A stretch of DNA of 32,639 nt from contig JBBRCZ010000020.1 in the NCBI GenBank assembly GCA_038204425.1, positions 1 to 32,639 of the forward strand. The letters are read 5' to 3'. Every line of letters starts with the position of its first letter. The stretch's first letter is position 1. The translations under genes were made by a program, and so were the position numbers. Shown here one piece after another: positions 16,954 to 26,507 of this stretch. This stretch comes from Spirochaetia bacterium. GTDB lineage: Bacteria > Spirochaetota > Spirochaetia > DSM-27196 > Salinispiraceae. The notes under the pieces were generated by a model. That model was given only the letters and a program-made list of their open reading frames with translations. It was not told the origin of the DNA and searched no databases.

Positions 16954-18177
16954 ATGAATCTCAAAGAACGCTTCTTACTAGGTCGTAGTGGACCAAAAAT
17001 ACTACTTTTGGTTTGCATGGTATTTGTGGCCCTTGCTTGGGCACCATGTTTGGTTGCGCAGCCAATCAGTATTGAGTTGCGAGGCAAAGGACTTGCAAGT
17101 CTTGAGGGCATTCTAATAACGCCTGACGGAAATAGTTATCAAGTCCTGCGTGCGGTGCGGGGTGAGCAAATCTTGGCCGACGGCTCGGCCAAGGCCAGCC
17201 GAGGTAATTTGGCAGCAGGGATTGTCGGCACTTGGACCATAACGCGACTGTTGCCCGGCAGATATTCGTTTTTTGTAAACGACTTGGCGGGCTCAGATGA
17301 AGCCCCAGGAGAAATGACTTGGTCAAGCGATAGTGCCACGGTGGTAATCAGAAGGGGCAACACGACTGAGGAAATCAAGCCAGCAGCTTTGCGCAATGGA
17401 AAATCTGCCCGTGGGCGAACTTGGCACGCCTTTGATATTGACGGTTCCAGCGGGGAGACCGGAATTGTCAATTTAGTCTTTCCCTATCGCAAAATGGTGT
17501 ATGGCTATATCGCCGATGCTGTAACTGGTAGAGGCGTAGCTGGCGTAAAGGTTTCTTTGCACGATGAAAGAGGAAATGTCGTTGACGAAATGAACACTGA
17601 GGCTGGCGGACTCTATATGGCTTTTCCACCGGGGCCAGGAACCTGGAAGGTTCGTTTTAATAAAGAGGGCTTGATAGCGACCGAACGTACTGTCCGCTAC
17701 CTGATAGCTGAGTCGCCGATTAGGTTTGATATTGCTGTTTCTGAAAGGCTAAAAGCAGACCAGATAAGGATAGTCCTCAGTTGGGGGCGCTATCCGCAAG
17801 ATTTAGACTCCCACTTAAGTGGCCCCGCTGAGAACGACGAAGAGTTTCACATCAGTTACCGGCAAATGAAAGAATATGGCGGTCGCTACTTTTTAGATCG
17901 AGATGACCAAGACTCCTATGGCCCCGAAACGGTAACGCTCAACAAACCTGAACAAGGTGAGTTTTTGTTTAGCGTACATGACTATAGCAATATCGAAAAG
18001 CCCAAGTCTGGGGCATTGTCCGCCAGCGGTGCGTTGGTGACGGTCTACAAAGGTAGTGCAGTTGTAACTAGTTTTAATGTGCCAAGTGGCAAAGGGACCT
18101 GGTGGCATGTTTTGCGGTTTAATGAGTTTGGTGAGGTGACAGCAATAGACCGCATTGATGATAATCCTTTGCCTTGA
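16954..18177 (+). CDS. Exported YfaP/DUF2135-like protein with central carboxypeptidase-regulatory-like (Ig) domain
   Basis: GGAGG SD; signal peptide. Central GYIADAVTGRGVAGVKVSL...TEAGGLY...GTWKVRFNKEG; C-terminal IRIVLSWGRYPQDLDSHL.GP and LDRDDQDSYGPET. Confidence 0.72.
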   Translation: MNLKERFLLGRSGPKILLLVCMVFVALAWAPCLVAQPISIELRGKGLASLEGILITPDGNSYQVLRAVRGEQILADGSAKASRGNLAAGIVGTWTITRLLPGRYSFFVNDLAGSDEAPGEMTWSSDSATVVIRRGNTTEEIKPAALRNGKSARGRTWHAFDIDGSSGETGIVNLVFPYRKMVYGYIADAVTGRGVAGVKVSLHDERGNVVDEMNTEAGGLYMAFPPGPGTWKVRFNKEGLIATERTVRYLIAESPIRFDIAVSERLKADQIRIVLSWGRYPQDLDSHLSGPAENDEEFHISYRQMKEYGGRYFLDRDDQDSYGPETVTLNKPEQGEFLFSVHDYSNIEKPKSGALSASGALVTVYKGSAVVTSFNVPSGKGTWWHVLRFNEFGEVTAIDRIDDNPLP

Positions 18178-18179
18178 GC

Positions 18180-18208
18180 TTGAGGATAGCAGCTCTCCAT
18201 GATAGTCT
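18180..18208 (+). promoter_or_regulatory. Probable promoter of mnmA-dusA-EamA (near-leaderless)
   Basis: TTGAGG-17-TAGTCT with a TG extension, 8 nt before ATG 18217. Confidence 0.5.
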
Positions 18209-18216
18209 AATGGACT

Positions 18217-19587
18217 ATGAAGATTGCGGTCTTATTGTCTGGCGGTGTCGATTCTTCGGTGGCCTTAAATCGTCTCAAGTCTGCGGGTTTTGACAATTTA
18301 AAGGCATTTTATCTAAAAATTTGGTTAGAAGATGACACTGCCTACATGGGTGAGTGTCCTTGGGAAGAAGATCTCAACTTCGCAAGTCAGGTCTGTAAAG
18401 CGAGTGGCGTTGCCTTAGAGATTGTGCCTTTGCAACTCGAGTATTATGATAGAGTAGTTTCCTATGCTTTGGATGAACTCAAACGGGGCCATACACCCAG
18501 CCCAGACATTTTCTGCAATCAAAGAATCAAATTTGGTGCCTTTTTTGAAACCACGGCTGCTAGCTTTGACAAGGTAGCCAGTGGTCACTACGCTCGACTA
18601 GAATGGACTGACCAGCCCCGTCCCGGTGCCAGCCATTCTGATGTCGAAGCTTGGAGCAGACTTGGTGCGTTGGAAGAAGACGCTGGTAAGGGTCCTGGTC
18701 GTTGGAAGCTCTCGCGGGCACCTGATCCGATAAAGGATCAGAGCTATTTTTTGAGCCATTTGTCCCAGCAGCAACTAGCCAAAATGGTATTTCCTATTGG
18801 TAACCTGCCCAAAACTAGCGTCAGGGGACTGGCACAAGAGTTTAAATTAGCCAACAAAGATCGACCCGATAGTCAGGGTATCTGCTTTTTGGGGAAAATT
18901 CGCTACCCTGAGTTTGTGCGACACTATTTGGGTACCAAAGACGGCCCTATCGTGGAGCTTTCTAGCGGATTAGTGCTGGGGCGTCACGATGGATTTTGGT
19001 TCTTTACGGTTGGTCAGCGAACAGGTCTAAAACTTGGCAACGGTCCATGGTATGTTGCGGCCAAAGATGCCATGCGCAATATTGTCTATGCAGCCCATGC
19101 CAACCAAGAAAAGGAACTGAGCCGAACTCAGCTCGAGATCGCCCAGGTCTCTTGGTTGTCTGACCAGCCACCCAGCGATCAGGAGCTACAGTTGTGGAAT
19201 GCTCAAATTCATGACGAACAAGGCACCAGCGGATTATTTGTAAAATTACGTCATGGTCCTCAGCTCATAGCCTGCACTTTAGAGTCATTGGGACAGGAAG
19301 TTGCATCCACCGTAGACAAAAAGTCTGATGAGACAAGTTTAGGCCATCTCAAAATTAATTTGGCAACGGCAGACCGCGGCATAGCCCCAGGGCAATTTGC
19401 AGTGCTCTACTTGGGAGAGGAATGTTTGGGCGGTGGCAAGATTCAGGCTCATGGCCTGGCCGACCTTGAAGTACTCCATCAGCGATTTGTATCTGAGCAG
19501 TTGCGCCAAGAAAATGAAGCGGCGGCGTTATTGGCAAACAAAAAGTCATTGCGACGACTAGCTCGTTCTAAGCGTGCGTCTTTGTGA
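18217..19587 (+). CDS. mnmA: tRNA 2-thiouridine(34) synthase
   Basis: Motifs SGGVDS, TPSPDIFCNQRIKFG, SGHYAR, KDQSYFL, DSQGICFLG, TVGQR and IAPGQ. Confidence 0.97.
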   Translation: MKIAVLLSGGVDSSVALNRLKSAGFDNLKAFYLKIWLEDDTAYMGECPWEEDLNFASQVCKASGVALEIVPLQLEYYDRVVSYALDELKRGHTPSPDIFCNQRIKFGAFFETTAASFDKVASGHYARLEWTDQPRPGASHSDVEAWSRLGALEEDAGKGPGRWKLSRAPDPIKDQSYFLSHLSQQQLAKMVFPIGNLPKTSVRGLAQEFKLANKDRPDSQGICFLGKIRYPEFVRHYLGTKDGPIVELSSGLVLGRHDGFWFFTVGQRTGLKLGNGPWYVAAKDAMRNIVYAAHANQEKELSRTQLEIAQVSWLSDQPPSDQELQLWNAQIHDEQGTSGLFVKLRHGPQLIACTLESLGQEVASTVDKKSDETSLGHLKINLATADRGIAPGQFAVLYLGEECLGGGKIQAHGLADLEVLHQRFVSEQLRQENEAAALLANKKSLRRLARSKRASL

Positions 19588-20717
19588 AGAAAACTCAAGA
19601 GACTTGGTACAAAAAGATTCAAAGTGGGCCTATCACTAGTAGTCCGCTGGAGTTGCGCCGCGCAAGTCAGGCGTTGATTCCACAGGGCCGAGCTATGCGT
19701 AAGCGTGTTGGTGGTCTGATTTCAATTGCACCAATGATAGACAAAACCAATCGCCATTTTAGACGATTTCTGCGTCTTATGACGCGCAGTACGGTTCTCT
19801 ACACTGAGATGATCACCGCTTTGGCCATCATCCACGGCAAACGAAAGCCACTGCTTGATTTTTCACCAATAGAACATCCACTTATCTTGCAGCTTGGTGG
19901 GGACAATCCAGAGCACCTAAAGCAGGCAATCAGCATTGCCGAAGACTGGGGATACGATGAGTACAACCTCAATGTAGGGTGCCCCTCCGAAAAAGTGCAA
20001 AGAGGCAGTTTTGGCGCCTGTTTGATGGCCGACCCCAGTCATGTCGCCGAGCTTATGGACGCTATGGCTCAAGTAACCAAAAAGCCAGTAAGCATCAAAC
20101 ACAGAGTTGGCATTACAGGCTTTGGCTACGAACGTCAAAGCTATGAGGAACTTGCGGAATTTGTGAGCTGTGTTGCAGCCGCCGGAAGTGAACGATTTGT
20201 AGTGCACGCGCGCATTGCAATGTTAGAAGGGCTCAACCCGCGCGAAAACAGAACTATTCCGCCATTGCGCTATCAAGATGTCTACCAACTCAAGCAACAG
20301 TTTCCAGACCTGCATATAGAAATTAACGGTCAGATTAAGGACGTGGCTAGTATTCGTCAACATCTCAAAGCTGGTATGGATGGCGTCATGATTGGTCGAG
20401 CAAGCTATGAGAACCCATCGCTAATGGCCTATCTCGACGCATTTGAACGTGATTGGCAAGGTGGCGGGTCTCGCAATCCCGAATGGCCACTTCCAAGCTT
20501 TGATCGCAGCGACTTGGTCTTAAAATATGCTGACTATCTTGATCAAGAGTCGGGCACTGGTCTAAGTCCACGCGCCCATATTTGGCCAATTTTAGAGCTC
20601 TTTAATGGTATCCCCGGTAGTCGCAAATATCGCCAGATTCTAAGTCAGGCTTATCGTCCGCCCGTCTCAGTACTTGGCTTAGCAAAAAGCGCTTTAGAGG
20701 CGCTCTCGATTGACTAG
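19584..20717 (+). CDS. dusA: tRNA-dihydrouridine synthase A
   Basis: Motifs APMIDKTNRHFR, LYTEM, QLGG, NLNVGCPS..V..GSFGACLM and the DusA-typical VHAR.A.L.GLNPRENRTIPPLRY. Start uncertain (GTGA overlap used). Confidence 0.92.
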   Translation: MKKTQETWYKKIQSGPITSSPLELRRASQALIPQGRAMRKRVGGLISIAPMIDKTNRHFRRFLRLMTRSTVLYTEMITALAIIHGKRKPLLDFSPIEHPLILQLGGDNPEHLKQAISIAEDWGYDEYNLNVGCPSEKVQRGSFGACLMADPSHVAELMDAMAQVTKKPVSIKHRVGITGFGYERQSYEELAEFVSCVAAAGSERFVVHARIAMLEGLNPRENRTIPPLRYQDVYQLKQQFPDLHIEINGQIKDVASIRQHLKAGMDGVMIGRASYENPSLMAYLDAFERDWQGGGSRNPEWPLPSFDRSDLVLKYADYLDQESGTGLSPRAHIWPILELFNGIPGSRKYRQILSQAYRPPVSVLGLAKSALEALSID

Positions 20718-21582
20718 TAGCCTTGTTGGGGTATTGACCTTCTTGTCGAGCGCCGTTCTTTTTTCTCTTTCGACCGTTTTCGTTAAAATAATTAGCTCGG
20801 CACCTTATGAACTCAACCCGCTGATGCCCACCATGGTGCGCTTTTTTTTGGGATTGTTGGTGTTTGGTACGTGGGTCATCGTGCATAAGGTTGATGTCAG
20901 GCCAAAAAATCTTGGGCTTGTGCTGTGGCGCGGCATTCTCAACTCGCTAGCTGTCTTGCTTTTTTATGGTTCTTTGCATTTTACAACAGTCACTAACGCC
21001 AACTTACTCAATCTTACCTATCCTGCTTGGATGTTTATTGCTGGGCCATTGGTAACCGGGGAGCGCTCACCTTGGTACTACGGACTCTATCTAATACTGA
21101 GCCTAGTAGGCTTTTTTTTGATTTCGGGACTTCACTCACTTGACCTAAACAATGCACAATTTAACGTCGGAGATCTAATTGCTCTGGTATCAGGAATAAT
21201 TGCTGCATTTGGTATCGCCGTACTTAGGCAATCCCGCAAGTCTGACACTACCCTAACCATCGTCTTTTGGCTTTTTGCGGTTGGTTTTGTGATCTGCTTG
21301 GTTCCAACTATTTTGGTCTGGAAGACGCCAGCCGACCTGTGGGCTTGGACCTGTTTGTTGGCCGCTGGCGGCTGTGGAATCCTCGGTCAGGTTATGATCA
21401 CCTCGGGCTATCGACTGCTCAGCGCCGGCCAAGGTAGTCTAATCTCGAGCTCAGGTATTCTGATTGGAGCCGCCATGGGCATAGTTTTTTTTGGAGACTC
21501 GCTTACATGGTTTCTTGTCGTGGGGGCGTTGTTGGTTTTGATCAGTTTGCTTGGTGTCAGTGGCGCTATCATTAAACGATAG
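20710..21582 (+). CDS. DMT/EamA-family membrane transporter
   Basis: About 290 aa with roughly 10 hydrophobic helices in two EamA-like halves (GER and FGDSL loop motifs). Confidence 0.88.
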   Translation: MTSSLVGVLTFLSSAVLFSLSTVFVKIISSAPYELNPLMPTMVRFFLGLLVFGTWVIVHKVDVRPKNLGLVLWRGILNSLAVLLFYGSLHFTTVTNANLLNLTYPAWMFIAGPLVTGERSPWYYGLYLILSLVGFFLISGLHSLDLNNAQFNVGDLIALVSGIIAAFGIAVLRQSRKSDTTLTIVFWLFAVGFVICLVPTILVWKTPADLWAWTCLLAAGGCGILGQVMITSGYRLLSAGQGSLISSSGILIGAAMGIVFFGDSLTWFLVVGALLVLISLLGVSGAIIKR

Positions 21583-21622
21583 TTGGCTCTAAGCTTAGTC
21601 AATATACTATACTTCATTAGAC

Positions 21623-23572
21623 ATGGATCGACGCAAACCACTAGGTCTTTACCTCATACGAATATTCTTCCTCGGCATTTTTCCAGCGCTCCTTATCTTT
21701 TGCACTGTAGCAAGCGTAATTGGCTATGGGATCATCAACCATCAGATTTCTGACAAGTCTCGCTTGCTCACTAAAGTGCTAACACAATCTTTTGAGTCAT
21801 TTCAAAGTAACACTTCGCGTGCTTTAGGCTTTATTGGCAACAACTTGCAACAAGACAATAGTCTGGCACGAGGTTTGTATAACCCAATCAATCTTCTACT
21901 GCAAACCGCCCTGTCGTCGTACGAGTATTTTAATGCCATCTTGGTTTTGGACAAAAAAGGCACCGTACTAGTAAGCGTGCACAGCGATTTTGACTTGCCT
22001 GGCATCGACTATTCTCTGCAATCATTTTCAAACGCCGAGAAGGATAAATTTAATTGGTCACTTTTATCCAAGTCTCCCGAAACCAAAAAGAACAGTCTGG
22101 CCTTGTCTGTGCAGGTTGGAGAATACGTTCTTGTTGCAATTTTAGACTTGACACCTTTAGAGAAAATCTTTGACGCAACACTTGATCCAGGCAGCGAGAT
22201 GCTTATTTTGACCGACAAGACTGGTCTTGTTATTGCTCGAAATCATTCAAAAAAAGCATCCGCAAACGCAGTAGATAGAGACCACTTTGCGTGGATGCCT
22301 AAGCAAGTAGACCAAGAGTTTTTTGAGACTCAACGTGTCAGCAATAGCGAAGGTTTACTAGAAGTACAGACATTTTCCTTGGGTGTTTCTAAGGTGCTGA
22401 TGCACCTGGTAAGGGATCAGAACGTTCTCTTTCAAGGCCTACGTACTTACTTGGCGGCGATTGGTTTGGTGTTTTTGATCTTGGTTGTCATTGTTTCTGG
22501 ATTGGTATTTCCTCTCTTTAGACTGATGTCAGATCAACTAAAAGACATTGTCCTAGCGATTACCTCAATCTCCGACGGTCGACAGGGCAAGATTGCGTTA
22601 GCAGGTGAGATAGAAGAATTTTACCAACTTGGCGCGCAGGTTAACCGCATGCTTGCAACCTTACATTCGAGAGAAGGCAGAATCTTGGAACTCAACCTCT
22701 CATTAGAAAGCAAAGTAAGAGCGCGAACTGGTGAACTAGAAGACAAAAACAAAGAACTTTCGGAGGCATTGATCAATCTCAAATCTACCCAAGATCAATT
22801 ATTGTTGTCGGAAAAAATGGCTACAGTTGGTCAGTTGGTGGCTGGAGTGGCCCATGAAATAAGCACGCCAGTTGGTGTTGGTCTTACGGCTGCTACTTAT
22901 TTGGAAAGCAAGGTGCAGACAGTAAACAAAGCATTTGTGGCTGGTGCTCTAAGCAAAAAGGACTTTGAGGCTTTTATACAAACGGTAAAGGAGTCTAGCC
23001 ATATTGTTGCGCGAAATCTAGAAAGAGCTTCTGATCTGATTGGCAGCTTTAAGCAAGTTGCGGTAGACCACTCGACCGATGATTTGCGCACGTTTGATGT
23101 TAAGGCGTATTGTGAAGAAGTGGTTCGTAATATCAGACCAGCCCTCAAGCATCGACCAATAGAAGTGCAAGTTCTAATAGAAGATGGTATTAGGATTATG
23201 TCGTTTCCCGGCGGATTTTCACATATACTCACTAACTTAATAATGAACTCACTTATCCATGGCTATGATCCCCAACAAGCAGGGATCATAAAAATTTCCG
23301 CCAGCATGGATGATGACTATTTCACTTTAATCTACTGCGATGACGGAAAAGGCATCACACCAGCGATAAAAGACAAGGTTTTTGAACCATTTTTTACCAC
23401 GCGAAGAAATGAAGGCAGCTCGGGACTAGGTATGCATATTGTCCACAACATAGTTAGCAATCAACTAAAGGGAAGTTTGGACTTACAAAGTGCTCTCGAT
23501 CACGGCATGACCGTCACCATTACCATTCCTGCCCATGAATGTCGCGTGTCATCTAACAGGGAAAAGTTATGA
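21623..23572 (+). CDS. Membrane sensor histidine kinase (Cache-like periplasmic domain, HAMP, HisKA, HATPase)
   Basis: H box VAHEISTP, N box NLIMNSLIHG, DDGKGI, FEPFFTT and GSSGLGM; two TM segments. Confidence 0.95.
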   Translation: MDRRKPLGLYLIRIFFLGIFPALLIFCTVASVIGYGIINHQISDKSRLLTKVLTQSFESFQSNTSRALGFIGNNLQQDNSLARGLYNPINLLLQTALSSYEYFNAILVLDKKGTVLVSVHSDFDLPGIDYSLQSFSNAEKDKFNWSLLSKSPETKKNSLALSVQVGEYVLVAILDLTPLEKIFDATLDPGSEMLILTDKTGLVIARNHSKKASANAVDRDHFAWMPKQVDQEFFETQRVSNSEGLLEVQTFSLGVSKVLMHLVRDQNVLFQGLRTYLAAIGLVFLILVVIVSGLVFPLFRLMSDQLKDIVLAITSISDGRQGKIALAGEIEEFYQLGAQVNRMLATLHSREGRILELNLSLESKVRARTGELEDKNKELSEALINLKSTQDQLLLSEKMATVGQLVAGVAHEISTPVGVGLTAATYLESKVQTVNKAFVAGALSKKDFEAFIQTVKESSHIVARNLERASDLIGSFKQVAVDHSTDDLRTFDVKAYCEEVVRNIRPALKHRPIEVQVLIEDGIRIMSFPGGFSHILTNLIMNSLIHGYDPQQAGIIKISASMDDDYFTLIYCDDGKGITPAIKDKVFEPFFTTRRNEGSSGLGMHIVHNIVSNQLKGSLDLQSALDHGMTVTITIPAHECRVSSNREKL

Positions 23573-23587
23573 ATTTTCTGCAAAAGG

Positions 23588-23616
23588 TGGATAGGGATAA
23601 GTCAAAGAACTATAAT
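23588..23616 (+). promoter_or_regulatory. Probable promoter of the EAL-cNMP gene pair
   Basis: TGGATA-17-TATAAT, about 60 nt upstream of ATG 23678. Confidence 0.5.
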
Positions 23617-23677
23617 TTGTATAGGCTGTTGCAAACGGCTCCGGAAGGATGCAATTTTTTGGCAAAAGGGTTGAGTC

Positions 23678-25888
23678 ATGAGTGATGCACCGCTGGTTTT
23701 TTTTGACGACTCACGCGTAGAACCCAAACAGGGCGAACAAAGTCCATGGAAGATTATGGTAGTTGATGACGACCATGATGTTCACAGCGTCACAGAGTTT
23801 GTAATGCACGGCGTAACCATTCTCGACCGTTCCTTGAGTTTTTGTCATGCCTACTCCGCCGCCGAAGCGCGAGAACTTTTGGCCCACGAACAGGATATTG
23901 CTGTCATTTTGCTGGACGTAGTAATGGAAAGCGAAAATGCCGGACTTACCTTGGTCAAGCAAATTAGAGAAGAACTTGGTTTGCTTTCTACAAGAATTAT
24001 TCTGCGCACAGGGCAGCCTGGGTACGCCCCTGAGTACGAAGCCATCCGCGACTACGACATCAACGACTATCGAACCAAGTCCGAGCTCAGTTATGCTCGT
24101 TTGTTAACTTCTCTCACTGCCGCGATTCGCTCTTATGTTCAAATCAAAGATATTGCCGAGAATAGTCGCGGCTTGGAGTACATCATCCAGTCTGCTCCCC
24201 GTCTTTTGACTTTAACCAGTGAAGAATCATACGCCAGCGCCTTGATAGAACAAATCGGCGGCATCATCAATCAAAAATTTGATGCTTTTGTTGCCAAAAT
24301 AGACCCCCATACTAGCGGTAGCTATGAGTTCTTGGCCAGCTGTGGCAAGTACAAAAATATAAAGACTCTGAGTAATGACTCGTTGCTTCCCCATTCGGAC
24401 CTACAAAGTCTCGAAGCGAGTCTAAAGTCATCAATACAGAAACAAGACAGTCTGTTTGGCTATCAGTCTGCTTGCTTGTATATTTCTGGTGGCGATGACC
24501 AAATTTTGTGTTTTTACATCGAACTTGCTAGCCAGCTTGTTGATCAAAAACGTCGTATGCTGTCAGTTTTTAGTGTTGCAGCAATTATGGGCTACCAAAA
24601 CATGTACCTCATGCACCGCTTGCGACTTTTGGCCTATGTTGACCAAGCGACGGGCCTCTACAACCGAACTGGTTTTATTAATGCAATAGATGAACTTGAA
24701 ACCAAAAGTCGCCAAGGTTTGTCAGTGGTGCTGATAGATATCGAAGGGTTCTCAGAAATAAACGAAGCACTTGGACATGATTTTGGGGATGATCTGCTTC
24801 TGGCGGTCGCAAGAAGGCTAAGTTCGGTCTTTGAACATAACATGGTGGTTGGTCGGGTCAGCGCTGACGGCTTTGCGCTTTTGGGTCAAGAAATTTCTTT
24901 GGAGCCAGAGCGGATTAGTGACATTTTTGCCCAGCCTTTTGCCGTTCAAAAAAACAGCATGTATCTAAGAGTGGTCTTTGGTCTGGTTCGCCTCGGCCAA
25001 GTCCAAGGTGATGGCGCTGACATTGTTAAAGACGCCTTTATTGCGGTAAAGATCGCTAAGTTTCAACAACAGCCGCGCTACTGTTATTATTTGCCACAGC
25101 TGGAAGTTGAAACCAGAAAAAAGCTGGCTATGCTTGACGCACTCAGGCATAGCTTAATTGATAACCGTTTGGAGCTCTACTACCAACCTCAAGTCGATAC
25201 AAGAGATGGGGCTTTAACCGGAATGGAAGCGCTGATGCGCTGGAAGACTGATGATGGTGTTTTTATTCCGCCATCAACCTTTATTCCCTTGGCCGAACAA
25301 AGTGGTCTGATTGTGGACATGGGCAATTGGGTGCTTAACGAATCGTGCCGCAATGCTCGTCGTTGGCTTGATGAAGGTCTAAAGCCAGGTCGGATTGCTG
25401 TTAACGTCTCGGTTAGACAGTTTCTCAATCCAGCCTTCCTTGATATCTTTGCTGATATACTTAAACGTCACCAATTGGACGAGTCCAACTTTGAGTTAGA
25501 AATTACCGAAAGCATGGCCATGCACGATGTTGAAGACGTATTGCGCATCCTAACCGATATGAAGAGCCGTGGTTATTTTATTGCTATAGATGATTTTGGA
25601 ACCGGATTTTCTTCTCTTAGTTACTTGCAACAGTTACCCATTGATAGACTTAAGATTGACCGCTCGTTTGTAATGGCGATTCACGAGACCGAACGTGACC
25701 GAGCAATCGCTGGCCTGATTGTTGGACTTGGCAAAAGTCTCGGGCTGTCGGTAATCGCTGAGGGCGTGGAACATATCCAGCAGTCAGAGATCTTAGCGGC
25801 ACTTGGCTGTTATGAGGCCCAAGGTTATTATTATGGAAAACCTATGGATTCAAAGGCAATGTTTGAACTCTTGAAGTCAAAAGTTTAG
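23678..25888 (+). CDS. Response regulator c-di-GMP phosphodiesterase: REC-DUF3369-like-degenerate GGDEF-EAL
   Basis: REC: VDDD, LLDVVM, RTGQPG. GGDEF motif replaced by SADGF. EAL domain intact: EALMRW, AVNVS, ELEITE, DDFGTG, KIDRSF, EGVE, QGYY. Confidence 0.93.
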   Translation: MSDAPLVFFDDSRVEPKQGEQSPWKIMVVDDDHDVHSVTEFVMHGVTILDRSLSFCHAYSAAEARELLAHEQDIAVILLDVVMESENAGLTLVKQIREELGLLSTRIILRTGQPGYAPEYEAIRDYDINDYRTKSELSYARLLTSLTAAIRSYVQIKDIAENSRGLEYIIQSAPRLLTLTSEESYASALIEQIGGIINQKFDAFVAKIDPHTSGSYEFLASCGKYKNIKTLSNDSLLPHSDLQSLEASLKSSIQKQDSLFGYQSACLYISGGDDQILCFYIELASQLVDQKRRMLSVFSVAAIMGYQNMYLMHRLRLLAYVDQATGLYNRTGFINAIDELETKSRQGLSVVLIDIEGFSEINEALGHDFGDDLLLAVARRLSSVFEHNMVVGRVSADGFALLGQEISLEPERISDIFAQPFAVQKNSMYLRVVFGLVRLGQVQGDGADIVKDAFIAVKIAKFQQQPRYCYYLPQLEVETRKKLAMLDALRHSLIDNRLELYYQPQVDTRDGALTGMEALMRWKTDDGVFIPPSTFIPLAEQSGLIVDMGNWVLNESCRNARRWLDEGLKPGRIAVNVSVRQFLNPAFLDIFADILKRHQLDESNFELEITESMAMHDVEDVLRILTDMKSRGYFIAIDDFGTGFSSLSYLQQLPIDRLKIDRSFVMAIHETERDRAIAGLIVGLGKSLGLSVIAEGVEHIQQSEILAALGCYEAQGYYYGKPMDSKAMFELLKSKV

Positions 25889-25897
25889 GAAAGCAGT

Positions 25898-26473
25898 ATG
25901 AAAATTGTAAACGAAAACCATGAGCTTGTGGCCAAAAATCTTAGTACAAGTTTGCTTGGCAAACACTTGGATCTCGATGAAATACGAATTTTGGTCGATG
26001 AGGCCGAACTAATCGAATATGAGGCTGGCGAAGCAATAGTTTTAGAAAAGCATGCCTCTAGTGATATGTTTATAGTTGTACGAAATACCGTCGTAATTGA
26101 AGTGGGCGAGGGCCCTGAGGCGGTCTACGTTTGCACCTTGGGCGAAGGCGAGGTATTTGGTGAGGCCGGCCTGTTTGTAAATGTTAAACGGACTGCTACG
26201 GTTCGATCCAGTGAAGCCGCTTTGCTATTGCGTATGAAGCGCCTGTCGTTCTTTAATTTGCTCAAAAGTGACTCAAAACTCGGTATCAAGCTTTTATTTA
26301 TAATTATGTATGGTCTTTTATATAAACTTCGTCTCAGCAATCAAGACTTAGCTCTCGAACGACGCCATGAGCCGCATCAGTCGGACATCGATCGCATGAT
26401 TGACGAGCTCATCCCCGATGATACAACCAAACTCTTTGCCGACCTCAAAAGCCAACGAACAGTCCCTCAATAG
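25898..26473 (+). CDS. Stand-alone cyclic-nucleotide-binding domain protein
   Basis: Phosphate-binding cassette GEVFGEAGLFVNVKRTATV; no recognisable CRP-type HTH. Confidence 0.88.
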   Translation: MKIVNENHELVAKNLSTSLLGKHLDLDEIRILVDEAELIEYEAGEAIVLEKHASSDMFIVVRNTVVIEVGEGPEAVYVCTLGEGEVFGEAGLFVNVKRTATVRSSEAALLLRMKRLSFFNLLKSDSKLGIKLLFIIMYGLLYKLRLSNQDLALERRHEPHQSDIDRMIDELIPDDTTKLFADLKSQRTVPQ

Positions 26474-26499
26474 ACAGCCAAGGCGTCTGCCAGTATGAT
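26471..26499 (+). promoter_or_regulatory. Probable promoter of the second dus (near-leaderless)
   Basis: TAGACA-17-TATGAT, 8 nt before ATG 26508. Confidence 0.6.
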
Positions 26500-26507
26500 C
26501 TGGCGGG

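Noticed and set aside
21583..21622. Leaderless promoter for the histidine kinase (TATACT twice)
   Set aside because: The nearer -10 is 9 nt from the ATG and the -35 spacing is 14 or 19 nt; too ambiguous to count.
23620..23677. c-di-GMP-I riboswitch upstream of the EAL gene
   Set aside because: It has GCAAA and a GNRA hairpin but lacks the P2/P3 organisation and tetraloop receptor, and is too short.
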